A DNA stretch of 62,498 bases, filler included. It is 12 parts of 12 records of this genome, joined end to end, with 100 filler letters (N's around TTAATTAATTAA, not from the genome) between each part and the next. Parts side by side here need not be neighbours in the genome. Positions count along the whole stretch, not along the records: positions 49,673 to 54,262 come from SRR20825010_4526; positions 54,363 to 58,826 come from SRR20825010_4527; positions 58,927 to 62,498 come from SRR20825010_4544; 9 more parts are not named here. One strand, 5' to 3'. A program made the position numbers and the translations under genes. Each line of letters begins with the position of its first letter. Position 1 is the first letter of the stretch. The notes under the pieces were generated by a model that did no database searches, was not told the origin of the DNA, and saw nothing but the letters and a program-made list of their open reading frames with translations. Of this stretch, positions 53,113 to 62,498 are shown piece after piece.

Positions 53113-53269
53113 TGGGCTCTATCGCGAGGAACACGATCTACCGGTACGGGGAAAGCAGAGAAATCGCACATGACAAATATCGATGGACGCATGACATTCT
53201 TTGTATCCCTGTCATGATTCGCAAGGTTCGTGATAAGCTCGTTCCACGGACAATAAAACGGATACGGCC

Positions 53270-54157
53270 ATGAACGAGCTGAACAGTCGTCGCCTCGAAA
53301 TCGACGCTTTGCGGGCGCTCTGCGCAATCCGCCAACATGGCGGGATTACGAAAGCATCCGCCGCACTCGGTCTCTCCCAATCAGCGGTGAGCCACAAGAT
53401 CAGAAGGCTTGAGGTTAGCCTAGATTGCGAGTTGCTCGGACGGAGGTCGGGAGGACCGATGTTCACAGCCGCTGGCGAAGACCTGCTGGACTACGCTGGC
53501 CGCATTCTTGGGCTGCACGACGAGGCGCTGATAAGTCTGTCCAAGACGCCACTCGCGGGGAGACTTCTACTGGGGCTCACCGAAGACACTGCATGTACTG
53601 ATCTCGCTCGCATTTTTGGCCGCTTCAAGCGGCTTCACCCAAATGTCGCGGTCCGAACCAAGGTCCGCATGAGCTTGGTTCTCCGCGCCATGCTGGAGCG
53701 CGGAGAACTCGATGCAGCAATCGTCCAGGTCTTCAGCCACGAGGTGCGACCGAACGACGTGGTCCTGTTCCGAGAGGGCCTTCATTGGGTGAAGCACCCG
53801 GAGTTGCTTATCCGGGAGGATGAGCCGATACCATTTTTGTCGTTCGACGATGAATGCTTCTATCGACAATGGGCACTCGACATCGGCCAGGAGAACTCAA
53901 TTCTCGAAACCGTGTTCGAGTGCTCAAGCGCGGCCGGGATTGTAGCCGCCGTCAACGCGACAATGGGCGTGGCGTTGCTGAGTGACCGCCATATCCGAGG
54001 GGAGATGCAGATAATGACCGACCGCCTGCCTCTGCCCCCGTCCTTGGCATACGTCATCCGGCGGGCTCGCAAGTCGAGAAATCCAGCGCTCGATAGCTTG
54101 GTCAGAGAAATAGAGAGGGACATTGGTCGTCTGGGAGGATTGGCACTGGCTGGCTGA
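53270..54157 (+). CDS. LysR family regulator
   Basis: TKASAALGLSQSAVSHKIRRLE HTH; divergent from the EamA gene. Confidence 0.93.
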   Translation: MNELNSRRLEIDALRALCAIRQHGGITKASAALGLSQSAVSHKIRRLEVSLDCELLGRRSGGPMFTAAGEDLLDYAGRILGLHDEALISLSKTPLAGRLLLGLTEDTACTDLARIFGRFKRLHPNVAVRTKVRMSLVLRAMLERGELDAAIVQVFSHEVRPNDVVLFREGLHWVKHPELLIREDEPIPFLSFDDECFYRQWALDIGQENSILETVFECSSAAGIVAAVNATMGVALLSDRHIRGEMQIMTDRLPLPPSLAYVIRRARKSRNPALDSLVREIERDIGRLGGLALAG

Positions 54158-54363
54158 CATGACCACGTCGACAACGACCTAGAGCTACCGCGCTCATCGA
54201 CGCTAAGACTCAAGGCATCGAAACTCAAATCTCAGTCAAGGTGCGAGCGCAACACCGCTTACNNNNNNNNNNNNNNNNNNNNNNNNNNNNNNNNNNNNNN
54301 NNNNNNTTAATTAATTAANNNNNNNNNNNNNNNNNNNNNNNNNNNNNNNNNNNNNNNNNNNNC

Positions 54364-54837
54364 GGCAGGATCGGCTATCATGTCGCCCGCAATCCGTCCG
54401 AAACGGCGTTGATGCTGGAAGAACTCGCAGCACTTGCGACCACGGTCGCCGAAGACCGGGCCCGATTTTCAGCCCTGCTGCCAACGGCGAGGACGCTTGT
54501 CCGCCGCGACCAACTCAGGATCCACGCGCTCTATCTCGACGGCGAGATGATTGCGGCGGCGATCCAGCCCGTTACCGGCGGCGAGGCCTGGATCTGGCAG
54601 GTGTTCGTGCGGCCAGACATGGAAACGGAAGCGGTCGACGAGCAGTTGATCATGCGGCTGACGGAATGGAACCGGCGTGATGCCAATATCGCGGTTACCC
54701 GTGCCGCCCCCGGCGTCGGGCCGTATCTGGCAGAGCGTTTCTGGCCGGTCGAGGAAGGCTATGCCACGCTGATGGTTGCTATCCGCCCGGGCATGGAACG
54801 GGCAATCGACGCGCTTGCCCGCGACCATCGGGACTGA
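54364..54837 (+). CDS. Hypothetical protein, possibly GNAT (CelD/BcsL-like) C-terminus, 5' partial
   Basis: Open from contig start; LRIHALYLDGEMIAA segment. Confidence 0.5.
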   Translation, partial: GRIGYHVARNPSETALMLEELAALATTVAEDRARFSALLPTARTLVRRDQLRIHALYLDGEMIAAAIQPVTGGEAWIWQVFVRPDMETEAVDEQLIMRLTEWNRRDANIAVTRAAPGVGPYLAERFWPVEEGYATLMVAIRPGMERAIDALARDHRD

Positions 54838-54924
54838 GCTTCTCGCCCTCCGGTGGTATCACCGCGATAACGCACGGAAATGGGCAGGTCCTTACGGTAG
54901 CCAAGTATCAGGCCTGCAGAGGTC

Positions 54925-55500
54925 TCAGGAGCAGCGCTTCAGGCGCGATTCTTCCGGCCGGTTCATCAGCGCGAAAATGTCGATGTCGGCAAGCAGCGGG
55001 TGGAATTCCTCGTCGGAATCCGCCCTGATCAGCACATCGAGCGGCACGACAGGCGCCACCAGCGGGCCGTTCCAGCAGGTGGAATCGAGATCGACCTCGA
55101 AGCCCGGCTTGGAGCCGGCGGCATTGCGGGCGACCGCCATCTGTTCCTGCTGGTCGCGCAGGCGCAGCGCATCAGCGGGCGAAAGCCTGAGCAGCGTCAA
55201 CACCTGTCCCGGCTTGCGGAATGCGGCAACGGCGGCGGCGGCGCTTTCCGGCTCGGCATTCACCAGCACGTAATCCTGGCTGATATCGCCGCCGGCGCCG
55301 CGCTGATAGACAGTCAGCTCGATCTCGCCTTTCGGCAACCGGAATTCCTCCGGCGCCAGAACCGCGATCCGGAGCGATGCCGGATTGGCGGCGATCGGCG
55401 TGGGGATCGGATCGGACGCCCCCGGCAGGAACGAGAATGTCGAACAGGCCGAAAGCAGCGCCGCTGCCGAAATTACCAGTGATTTTGCCAGAAAACGCAT
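54925..55500 (-). CDS. Hypothetical lipoprotein
   Basis: Lipobox LSAC after a signal peptide. Confidence 0.7.
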   Translation of the reverse strand: MRFLAKSLVISAAALLSACSTFSFLPGASDPIPTPIAANPASLRIAVLAPEEFRLPKGEIELTVYQRGAGGDISQDYVLVNAEPESAAAAVAAFRKPGQVLTLLRLSPADALRLRDQQEQMAVARNAAGSKPGFEVDLDSTCWNGPLVAPVVPLDVLIRADSDEEFHPLLADIDIFALMNRPEESRLKRCS

Positions 55501-55647
55501 GATGCCGACCGTCTTGCTTGTTTGTTGACGCTTTACCTACCCAATCACGGTTAAAGTCGGGTAAAGTCAAGCGCCCGCCAGACCGGGCATATCCGTTCTG
55601 ACGCGCACCGGGATGGAAAACCGGTATCGATTTTTTCCGGAGGCGTT

Positions 55648-56553
55648 CTACGCGCCGAGATGACGCTCGCCGCGGGCCTTCGCCAGCGTGATCTGGTGCT
55701 GTCGTTCACGAAAGCGGGCGCGGTCGGTCTCAGAATAGCTGTCGGCGCAATGCGGGCAGGAAACGCCTTCTTCGTAAGCGGGCGCAAGCCTGTCCCCGGG
55801 CGTCACCGGATGGCGGCAGGCATGGCAGAGTTCGTGCTCGCCTTCCTTCAGACCGTGGGTGACGGAAACGCGCTCGTCGAACACGAAACAGGCGCCGTCC
55901 CACAGGCTTTGGTCTTCCGGCACGTCCTCGAGATATTTCAGGATGCCGCCCTTGAGGTGGTAGACCTCATCGAAGCCCTGCTCCTTCATGAAGGCCGACG
56001 CCTTTTCGCAGCGGATGCCGCCGGTGCAGTACATCGCGATCTTCGGCTTGTTGTGCAGGCCCTGGTTTTCGGCGACCCAGCGGGGAAATTCACGGAAGGT
56101 TTTTGTCTGCGGATCGACAGCGCCGCGAAATGTGCCGATCGCGGTCTCGTAATCATTGCGGGTGTCGATCACGATCGTGTCGGGATCGGAGATCAGGTCG
56201 TTCCAGTTTCTCGCCTCGACATAGGTGCCGACCGTCTTCAGGGGATCGATATTGTCGACGCCCATGGTGACGATTTCCTTCTTCAGCCGCACCTTCATGC
56301 GGTTGAACGGCATCTTCGAGGCATGGCTCTCCTTGTGCTCCATGCCGGCAAGCTCGGGACGGGCGCGGATGAAGGCGAGCACATTGGCGATCCCCTCATG
56401 GGAGCCGGCGATGGTGCCGTTGATGCCTTCATGGGCGATCAGCAGCGTGCCCTTGACGCCGTTCTCGTCGGCTACGGCCTGCAGCGGCGCGCGGAACGAG
56501 GCAAAATCGGCAAAGCGGGCAAAATGATAAAGAGCTGCGACCAGATAGGACAT
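55648..56553 (-). CDS. trhO: Rhodanese-domain tRNA uridine-34 hydroxylase
   Basis: [40 protein letters not shown]. Confidence 0.92.
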   Translation of the reverse strand: MSYLVAALYHFARFADFASFRAPLQAVADENGVKGTLLIAHEGINGTIAGSHEGIANVLAFIRARPELAGMEHKESHASKMPFNRMKVRLKKEIVTMGVDNIDPLKTVGTYVEARNWNDLISDPDTIVIDTRNDYETAIGTFRGAVDPQTKTFREFPRWVAENQGLHNKPKIAMYCTGGIRCEKASAFMKEQGFDEVYHLKGGILKYLEDVPEDQSLWDGACFVFDERVSVTHGLKEGEHELCHACRHPVTPGDRLAPAYEEGVSCPHCADSYSETDRARFRERQHQITLAKARGERHLGA

Positions 56554-56632
56554 GGTCTGTCTCCGCGTTACGTTTTCAATTGGCAAGGGCGCTGGGCCGG
56601 CAAATACACCCATTGCCACGGCTTTGCAATTG

Positions 56633-57547
56633 TCAGCCTCGCTCCTGCCTGCCGTGCTTTCGCCAGAGCGTCCTGACGATCGCGCTCTCGATTTCGGCCT
56701 CGTCGTCGAACACCTTGCGGGCGGCCTTCACCGCCTGCCGGCGGAGCCGCGTCCTCAGCGCCAGCGCCTGTGCGCGGCAGATCCGGTGAGTTGCTTCCGG
56801 GAGATCCGGGGCGTCGGAACCGTCGAGCAGCGCCACCATCACGCTCAGGTCATGCTCGTGGCCGATGAGGTCGGCAAGCGCCTTGGCATCGGAGCGCTTG
56901 GCCTTCAGCGCAGTCGGCCAGACCGACGCGGCAAGCGAACAGAACAGCCAGTAGGTCTGCGCCTCCTTGCGCAGTTCGTGAAAATTCTCATCCGTTTCCT
57001 CAGCCCGGACCGCCATGACGGCGACATGGGCGGCGGCGAGTTGCTTGCGCCAGGCCTTGGCGATCGCCTTTTCCGGTTTTCGCTCGTCGAAATCCTGTTT
57101 TTCGACCGCCGCGATCGCGTCCCGGCAGATGCCGACCGCCGCCTTCGCCTTTTTCTGCAACGCGTCGTCGGATAGCGCGGTTTCATCACGCCGCGCGATC
57201 AGCACCGCCTCCAGCCGCGCCAGCGCCATATCGGCGTTTCCATCGGCCGCGTTCAGCCTGAGATAACGGGCGCACTCGATCAGCGCGGTCGCGTCCCGGT
57301 CGGCCGAAAGCGTTTTCGCGAGATCGCGGATGCGGGCATTTTCCTCCCTCGCGAAATCTTTCGCGGCGGGACGGATCAGCCGGTAGAGGCCGCGCACCCG
57401 CTTGAACTTCTTGCGGGAGGCGTGGATTGCCTCATGAACGCCCTCCGGCTGCTTCTTCAGCGCACGAATCGCATCCTCAAGCTGGGAGATGGCGATTTTC
57501 CTGACTGCTGCGTCGAACGGACGGCCGGGGTCGAGCGTGAATGACAT
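56633..57547 (-). CDS. CHAD domain protein
   Basis: IH..RK..KR.R, FHELRK, G.EHDL.V. Confidence 0.9.
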   Translation of the reverse strand: MSFTLDPGRPFDAAVRKIAISQLEDAIRALKKQPEGVHEAIHASRKKFKRVRGLYRLIRPAAKDFAREENARIRDLAKTLSADRDATALIECARYLRLNAADGNADMALARLEAVLIARRDETALSDDALQKKAKAAVGICRDAIAAVEKQDFDERKPEKAIAKAWRKQLAAAHVAVMAVRAEETDENFHELRKEAQTYWLFCSLAASVWPTALKAKRSDAKALADLIGHEHDLSVMVALLDGSDAPDLPEATHRICRAQALALRTRLRRQAVKAARKVFDDEAEIESAIVRTLWRKHGRQERG

Positions 57548-57548
57548 G

Positions 57549-58028
57549 TCAGTCTGCCTCCTTGGGGCGCATGCCGGTTTCGGCAAGCGTCTGGTTCAGG
57601 TAGCGCGGATCGCCGGTCACCTCGCGGCCGAGCCATTCGGGAAGGCGGGGCCTGGCGGCTTCATCGGGCAGTTCCACCTCCGCCACCACCAGCCCGGCGA
57701 GATCGCCATGATAGACGTCGATTTCCCAGACGAATGCGCCGTCGGAGAGGCGGTAGCGGGTCTTGTCGATAACGAAACCCTGAGCATGGGTCGTCAGTTC
57801 CAGCGCATCCGCGAGCGGGATCTCATATTCATATTCGTCCCGGCTCAGCGCCGCGCCGCCGAACTTTATCGTTAGCCGTGCGCGACCGCCATCGAAGATG
57901 CGCACCCGCACGGACCGCTCCGGCCCGCTCATCAGATAGGCCTGGGTCAGGCGGACGCCCTTTTCCGCGCCATCCTTCCAGCCGCCGCCATCGACCAGAA
58001 ACTTGCGTTCGATTTCCTTGGCCATCAT
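57549..58028 (-). CDS. CYTH domain triphosphate tunnel metalloenzyme
   Basis: EIERKFLV (ExExK), KTRY, WEID, AEVEL, P.WLGREVT.D.RY.N. Confidence 0.93.
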   Translation of the reverse strand: MMAKEIERKFLVDGGGWKDGAEKGVRLTQAYLMSGPERSVRVRIFDGGRARLTIKFGGAALSRDEYEYEIPLADALELTTHAQGFVIDKTRYRLSDGAFVWEIDVYHGDLAGLVVAEVELPDEAARPRLPEWLGREVTGDPRYLNQTLAETGMRPKEAD

Positions 58029-58209
58029 CGTTCTCCCGGACGCTTTCAGCTCTGTCTGGCGCGGTCACCTCGCCGTGACAAAAATACGTTATGAAGACGG
58101 CGGCGGCCGCAGGCAATGGCCCGCGACGATTAAGCCGGGCTCGGGGCTCGACTTGCCGGCTTTGGCGGGGTATCCCAAGGGCAATATCAACCAAGACAGC
58201 GGTGCGATA

Positions 58210-58826
58210 ATGGAAGCGAAAACAGAAACCCTCCTCAAGGCGCTGACCGCCCAACCCGTGATTCCGGTGATGATCGTCGAATCCGTCGAACACGCCGTGC
58301 CGCTGGCGCGCGCTCTGGTGGAAGGCGGGTTGAAGACGCTGGAAATCACGCTGCGCACCGATGCAGCGCTCGAGGCCATCAAGGCGATGTCCGAAGAGGT
58401 CGAGGGCGCCGTGATCGGCGCCGGCACCATCCTTTCCGCGCGCGATTATGCCGCAGCCGAAAAGGCGGGCGCGAAATTCATCGTCTCGCCCGGCATCAAC
58501 GGCGATATTCTCGATGCCGCCGACGACAGCGACGTGCCGCTGCTTCCGGGAACGGCGACGGCCAGCGAAGTGCTGTCGCTGCGCGAGGAAGGCTACCGGG
58601 TGATGAAATTCTTCCCCGCCGAGCAGGCCGGCGGCGCGCCTTATCTCAAGGCACTGTCCTCGCCGCTATCCGACATAAAATTCTGCCCGACCGGCGGTAT
58701 CTCTCTGCAGAACGCGCCCGATTATCTGAAGCTTCCCAATGTCATCTGCGTCGGCGGCTCCTGGGTGGCGCCGAAGGAGATGGTGGCGCGCGGCGACTGG
58801 GACGGCATCAGGAAGCTCGCCGAAGA
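58210..58826 (+). CDS. eda: KDPG aldolase, 3' partial
   Basis: EITLRT, GAGT, FIVSPG, KFFPA, FCPTGG. Confidence 0.95.
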
Positions 58827-58926
58827 NNNNNNNNNNNNNNNNNNNNNNNNNNNNNNNNNNNNNNNNNNNNTTAATTAATTAANNNNNNNNNNNNNNNNNN
58901 NNNNNNNNNNNNNNNNNNNNNNNNNN

Positions 58927-59439
58927 CTGCAGTTCCGTCATCTCCGGCGTCAACATCGCCCGAAACACTTCAAAGCCGCGCTGGGCCTGCTGAACGGCTT
59001 CGCGGATCTCCTGAATTTCCGACGCATCTTTGATCATCCGCAGTTCTTCCACCAGCCCCGTGATCGGGATCCACTGGGCGGCGGGAGTAATACCACTCAT
59101 CGCTTCCAGCAGTTCACAGGTCACAACATGGCTTTCAAATCCCAATTTAGGCAGATGCGATTTCTTGAGTACCTGCTCCACCGCCGAGATCATCGATTCG
59201 GTCGCTTTACGAATATAGATATCCAGATCCGGACATTCCTCTTCCAGTTGGGTCGTGTACCGCCCGTCACTGATCAACACTGTCTGCCCTTTACCGATCA
59301 GCAGAAAACTCGAATCCCCGCTGAATCCGGTCAGATAAGTCACGTTTGTTTCGCAGGTAATCAGCATGGCCTCGGCCCCCCTGCGTTTCAGCAGCGAAAT
59401 CAGTTTCTTTCTGCGGGAAGCCAGATAATCTTTACTCAT
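58927..59439 (-). CDS. Xaa-Pro peptidase (M24), 3' partial
   Basis: NVTYLTGF, DGRY..Q, LRMIKD..EI. Confidence 0.88.
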
Positions 59440-59678
59440 GTCGGTCCTTTATAGATGGTGTCAGTCAGTTACGTTCCGGAAACAGCGGATGGCCGGTTTT
59501 CTTCGGTTCATGGTTTACCGATTGAAACGGTCATGGCGAATCTTATCTCTTTTAGCAGAATTTTGCGAAGATAAAAAACCGAAGTTTCAGTTTCCCGGTT
59601 TGAAGTGCTATGATTTTACATACCGAAACTCTGAATTCTCATCTGATCCCGACTCTCTTTTCTGAATATCGATTCTGC

Positions 59679-61880
59679 ATGAATGAACAAACCGACGAAC
59701 TGATTTTTAAAATTCAGGATATGGACTGCGTCGAAGAAGTCACCGTGCTCAAGCGGGAACTCGCTCCCCTGGTCGGCGGTGAAGAACATCTGTTCTTTGA
59801 TGTACTCAACCGAAGGATGACAGTCCGTTCTCAATCGGAAGACGTCACCGCAGAATCGATCATGCAAACCATCAGCCAGACCGGCATGAGCGCTGAGCTC
59901 TGGAACGAGAATGCAAAACAGGCCGAGAAAGGCACTCTCTGGTCCCGTCAGGGCCGAACCATACTGACCACTCTCAGCGGCACATTCATGGGAACCGCAT
60001 TTCTGACACACGTCTTTCTGGTCGGCAACTTCGGAGCCGCCCTGGGTGCGGAACAGACGGCACACGGTGCAATGCCGCTGCCGGTGCGACTGCAATATCT
60101 GGCCGCCATCATCGCCGGCATCTGGTTTGTGCTGCCCAAAGCCTGGTTTTCCCTCAAGCGATTACGCCCCGACATGAACCTGCTGATGTTTACCGCTGTC
60201 GTTGGTGCACTCTGCATTGATGAATGGTTCGAAGCGGCGGCCGTCGCATTTCTGTTTGCCTTCTCTCAACTGCTCGAAGCCTGGAGTGTCGGCCGCGCAC
60301 GCCGCGCTGTCGCCGCCCTGATGGATTTATCCACGCCCATCGCACGCGTTCGCGATGCCGACGGTAATGAAATCACCGTGGATGCCGAATCCGTCGAAGT
60401 CGGCACCACCTTTATTATTCGTCCCGGGGAAAAAATCCCCCTGGATGGAGAGGTGATCAAAGGGTTCAGTGAAGTCAATCAGGCCCCCATTACCGGGGAA
60501 TCTGTTCCGGTCGGCAAACGGGAAACGGATGAAATCTATGCAGGTACGATTAACGGCGATGGACTGCTGGAAGCGAAATGTACCAAGCTGGCAGAAAATA
60601 CGATCCTGGCGCAGATCATTCGCATGGTGGGAGAAGCCCAGTCCCAACGGGCCCCTTCGGAACTCTGGGTCGAAAAGTTTGCCAAAGTCTACACACCCAT
60701 CGTCATGGCACTTGCTCTGCTCGTCCTGATCACCTTACCCACGCTGTTTCAGGTCAGCTGGGATAACGCCGTCTATCGCGCGCTGGTACTGCTGGTCATT
60801 GCCTGTCCGTGTGCCCTGGTGATTTCCACACCCGTCAGCATCGTGGCTGCACTGGCAGCGGCAGCGCGGAATGGCGTACTGATCAAGGGGGGAGTCTTTG
60901 TCGAAACACCCGCTCATCTGAAAGCCCTGGCGCTGGACAAAACAGGCACACTCACACAAGGCAGACCTGTAGTCACAAAAATTGTCCCGTTGAACGGACA
61001 CACCGAGTCGGAATTACTCGAACGGGCAGCCGCCCTGGAAGCGCACAGCAACCATCCCCTGGCTGTCGCCATTCTGGATGCAGCAAAACAACAGCAGGTC
61101 TCCTTTCAGGCCGCTGAAGATTATCAGATCATCCAGGGTAAAGGCGCTACCGCAACCATTAATGGCAGAGAATTCTGGCTGGGCTCGCATCGCTACCTGG
61201 AAGAACGTAAGTCAGAAACGGCAGAAGTCCATCAGCAACTGGAAGCACTTTCCAACGCCGGACAGACTGTGGTGGTCATCGGTAATGAATCTCACGTCTG
61301 CGGCTTCATCGCATTAGCAGATCAGGTACGCGAAACTTCAGCGGCTGTCGTCAAAGACCTGCATCAGGCGGGCATCAAACAGCTGGTGATGCTCACCGGC
61401 GATAACGCCGGCACGGCGCAGGCAGTCGCCGATGAAGTCGGCATGGATCTGGTGCATTCCGAATTACTGCCGGAGGATAAAGTCGCTGTCATCGAAGCCC
61501 TGGTGGAAGAATATGAATTCGTGGCGATGGTGGGTGATGGCGTGAACGATGCCCCCGCTATGAGTCGCGCCAGCCTGGGCATCGCCATGGGGGCGGCCGG
61601 CAGTGATGTCGCCATCGAATCAGCCGACATCGCTCTGATGACTGATGATCTCACCAAAATCCCCTGGTTAATCAATCACTCACGCCGCGCCTTGAAGATC
61701 ATTCGCCAGAACATCATCTTTGCCCTGAGCATCAAAGTCCTGTTCATGCTGCTGATGCTGATGAACCATGCATCACTCTGGGCAGCAATCGCCGCTGACA
61801 TGGGTGCCTCACTACTCGTGATTTTCAACGGTCTGCGCCTGCTGCAGTCCCCTGCGATCAGCGTACCCGAGAAAAACTGA
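59679..61880 (+). CDS. Heavy-metal P1B ATPase (ZntA/CadA-like)
   Basis: MDCVEE metal-binding domain, TGES, CPC, DKTGT, HP, GDGVNDAP. Confidence 0.93.
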   Translation: MNEQTDELIFKIQDMDCVEEVTVLKRELAPLVGGEEHLFFDVLNRRMTVRSQSEDVTAESIMQTISQTGMSAELWNENAKQAEKGTLWSRQGRTILTTLSGTFMGTAFLTHVFLVGNFGAALGAEQTAHGAMPLPVRLQYLAAIIAGIWFVLPKAWFSLKRLRPDMNLLMFTAVVGALCIDEWFEAAAVAFLFAFSQLLEAWSVGRARRAVAALMDLSTPIARVRDADGNEITVDAESVEVGTTFIIRPGEKIPLDGEVIKGFSEVNQAPITGESVPVGKRETDEIYAGTINGDGLLEAKCTKLAENTILAQIIRMVGEAQSQRAPSELWVEKFAKVYTPIVMALALLVLITLPTLFQVSWDNAVYRALVLLVIACPCALVISTPVSIVAALAAAARNGVLIKGGVFVETPAHLKALALDKTGTLTQGRPVVTKIVPLNGHTESELLERAAALEAHSNHPLAVAILDAAKQQQVSFQAAEDYQIIQGKGATATINGREFWLGSHRYLEERKSETAEVHQQLEALSNAGQTVVVIGNESHVCGFIALADQVRETSAAVVKDLHQAGIKQLVMLTGDNAGTAQAVADEVGMDLVHSELLPEDKVAVIEALVEEYEFVAMVGDGVNDAPAMSRASLGIAMGAAGSDVAIESADIALMTDDLTKIPWLINHSRRALKIIRQNIIFALSIKVLFMLLMLMNHASLWAAIAADMGASLLVIFNGLRLLQSPAISVPEKN

Positions 61881-61885
61881 GGCAG

Positions 61886-62497
61886 TTAACGCGTATACTC
61901 ACTGCGGGTTTCAAACACTTCGTCAGGTATCTCTGCAGTGGTGATCGCTTTGAAAATCTGACTGAGCTGTCTGCGGTAGACGTCATCCACACACACGCTT
62001 TCACAGCCTCTGTTGTCTGCTTCCCGCATCAGTTCGGTGGATTCGGGTAACTGGCTGATATCCATGACCGTCATGCTCTCCCGCAAGTACGATGGATTCA
62101 GTTCTTCTTTACTGTGTCCCAGCTTCAATTCGGGGTCGGTCTGCACTACCACATCGGCCAGCGTGTCGTACAGATTTGCGAAAGGCACGTAGCGCACATC
62201 AAAGGCACGGGCAATTCCCTGGGCGGCTTTGTCATTCTGGGAAGTGACACTCACGACGGCCCCCTGCTGAGTCAGGCTGTGAACCACCGCTTTCGTCAGC
62301 CCGCTCTGCCCCAGAACCAGAATATTTTTCCGCTGGAATGCCGAATTGGACCCCGGCGATTTCTTTTCCAGCGTCGCTTCCAGACTCTTGATGGCACTGC
62401 GCCTGACGGTGTCGTATGCATGCCAGCCATCGGGTTGATTTAACTGCAGATCACCGTAGCCTGTCTTTTCAGAAGACTCTTCCAGATGCTCCGCCAG
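61886..62497 (-). CDS. Degenerate shikimate dehydrogenase-like domain, 5' partial
   Basis: Frame open to the window end: DGWHAYDT...KNILVLGQSG...TVMDI...T.LMREA..RGC. Confidence 0.65.
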   Translation of the reverse strand: MAEHLEESSEKTGYGDLQLNQPDGWHAYDTVRRSAIKSLEATLEKKSPGSNSAFQRKNILVLGQSGLTKAVVHSLTQQGAVVSVTSQNDKAAQGIARAFDVRYVPFANLYDTLADVVVQTDPELKLGHSKEELNPSYLRESMTVMDISQLPESTELMREADNRGCESVCVDDVYRRQLSQIFKAITTAEIPDEVFETRSEYTR

Positions 62498-62498
62498 A

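Larger units (their letters stand above)
49674..54262 (+). mobile_element. IS66-family element carrying EamA and LysR passenger genes
   Basis: IRL GTAACCGGTGTT... at 49674; IRR ...AACACCGCTTAC ending 54262; tnpABC followed by two cargo genes inside the repeats. Confidence 0.82.

Noticed and set aside
55527-55570. Imperfect inverted repeat TTGAC..TTTACC / GGTAAAGTCAA
   Set aside because: Gapped, single occurrence, no cognate regulator on the contig
56633-58028. CYTH-CHAD pair as a new system
   Set aside because: Well-known association linked to polyphosphate metabolism
59679-59900. MDCVEE instead of CxxC in the ATPase metal-binding domain
   Set aside because: CxEE variants are known among Zn/Cd P1B ATPases

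Overview
This window is not one locus. It is 12 unrelated contigs joined by an artificial N-run/TTAATTAATTAA/N-run linker (stops in all six frames), so no neighbourhood inference crosses a linker. Contigs: (1) 1-3058 rhizobial-like: J-domain fragment, MATE exporter, betaine-homocysteine methyltransferase with a SahR-type operator; (2) 3159-7182 AT-richer glycan locus (AsnB-like amidotransferase, glycosyltransferase, DUF4910-like protein, ABC exporter); (3) 7284-15338 alphaproteobacterial uvrD, ClC, thioesterase, BASS transporter, TPR protein, mlaA/mlaC; (4) 15439-20580 TRAP transporter, dehydrogenase, IlvD/Edd dehydratase; (5) 20681-23767 galU, gltD, gltB; (6) 23868-37574 Alcanivorax-like gammaproteobacterial region from tRNA-Ser and pyrC to ibpA; (7) 37675-40698 qor, ECF sigma/anti-sigma, TauD; (8) 40799-44978 tctCBA-GntR-ICL/PEP mutase family plus a relic gene; (9) 45079-49572 exonuclease-CBS-DUF294 fusion, RHH pseudogene, MarR-fabF unit; (10) 49673-54262 a complete IS66 whose terminal repeats enclose EamA and LysR passenger genes; (11) 54363-58826 trhO, CHAD, CYTH, eda; (12) 58927-62498 planctomycete-like peptidase, P1B ATPase and a degenerate shikimate dehydrogenase. 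Best leads: the cargo-carrying IS66, the DEDDh-CBS-nucleotidyltransferase fusion, and the MarR-fabF operator triplet. All family and taxonomic calls come from motif recognition only; no searches were run.
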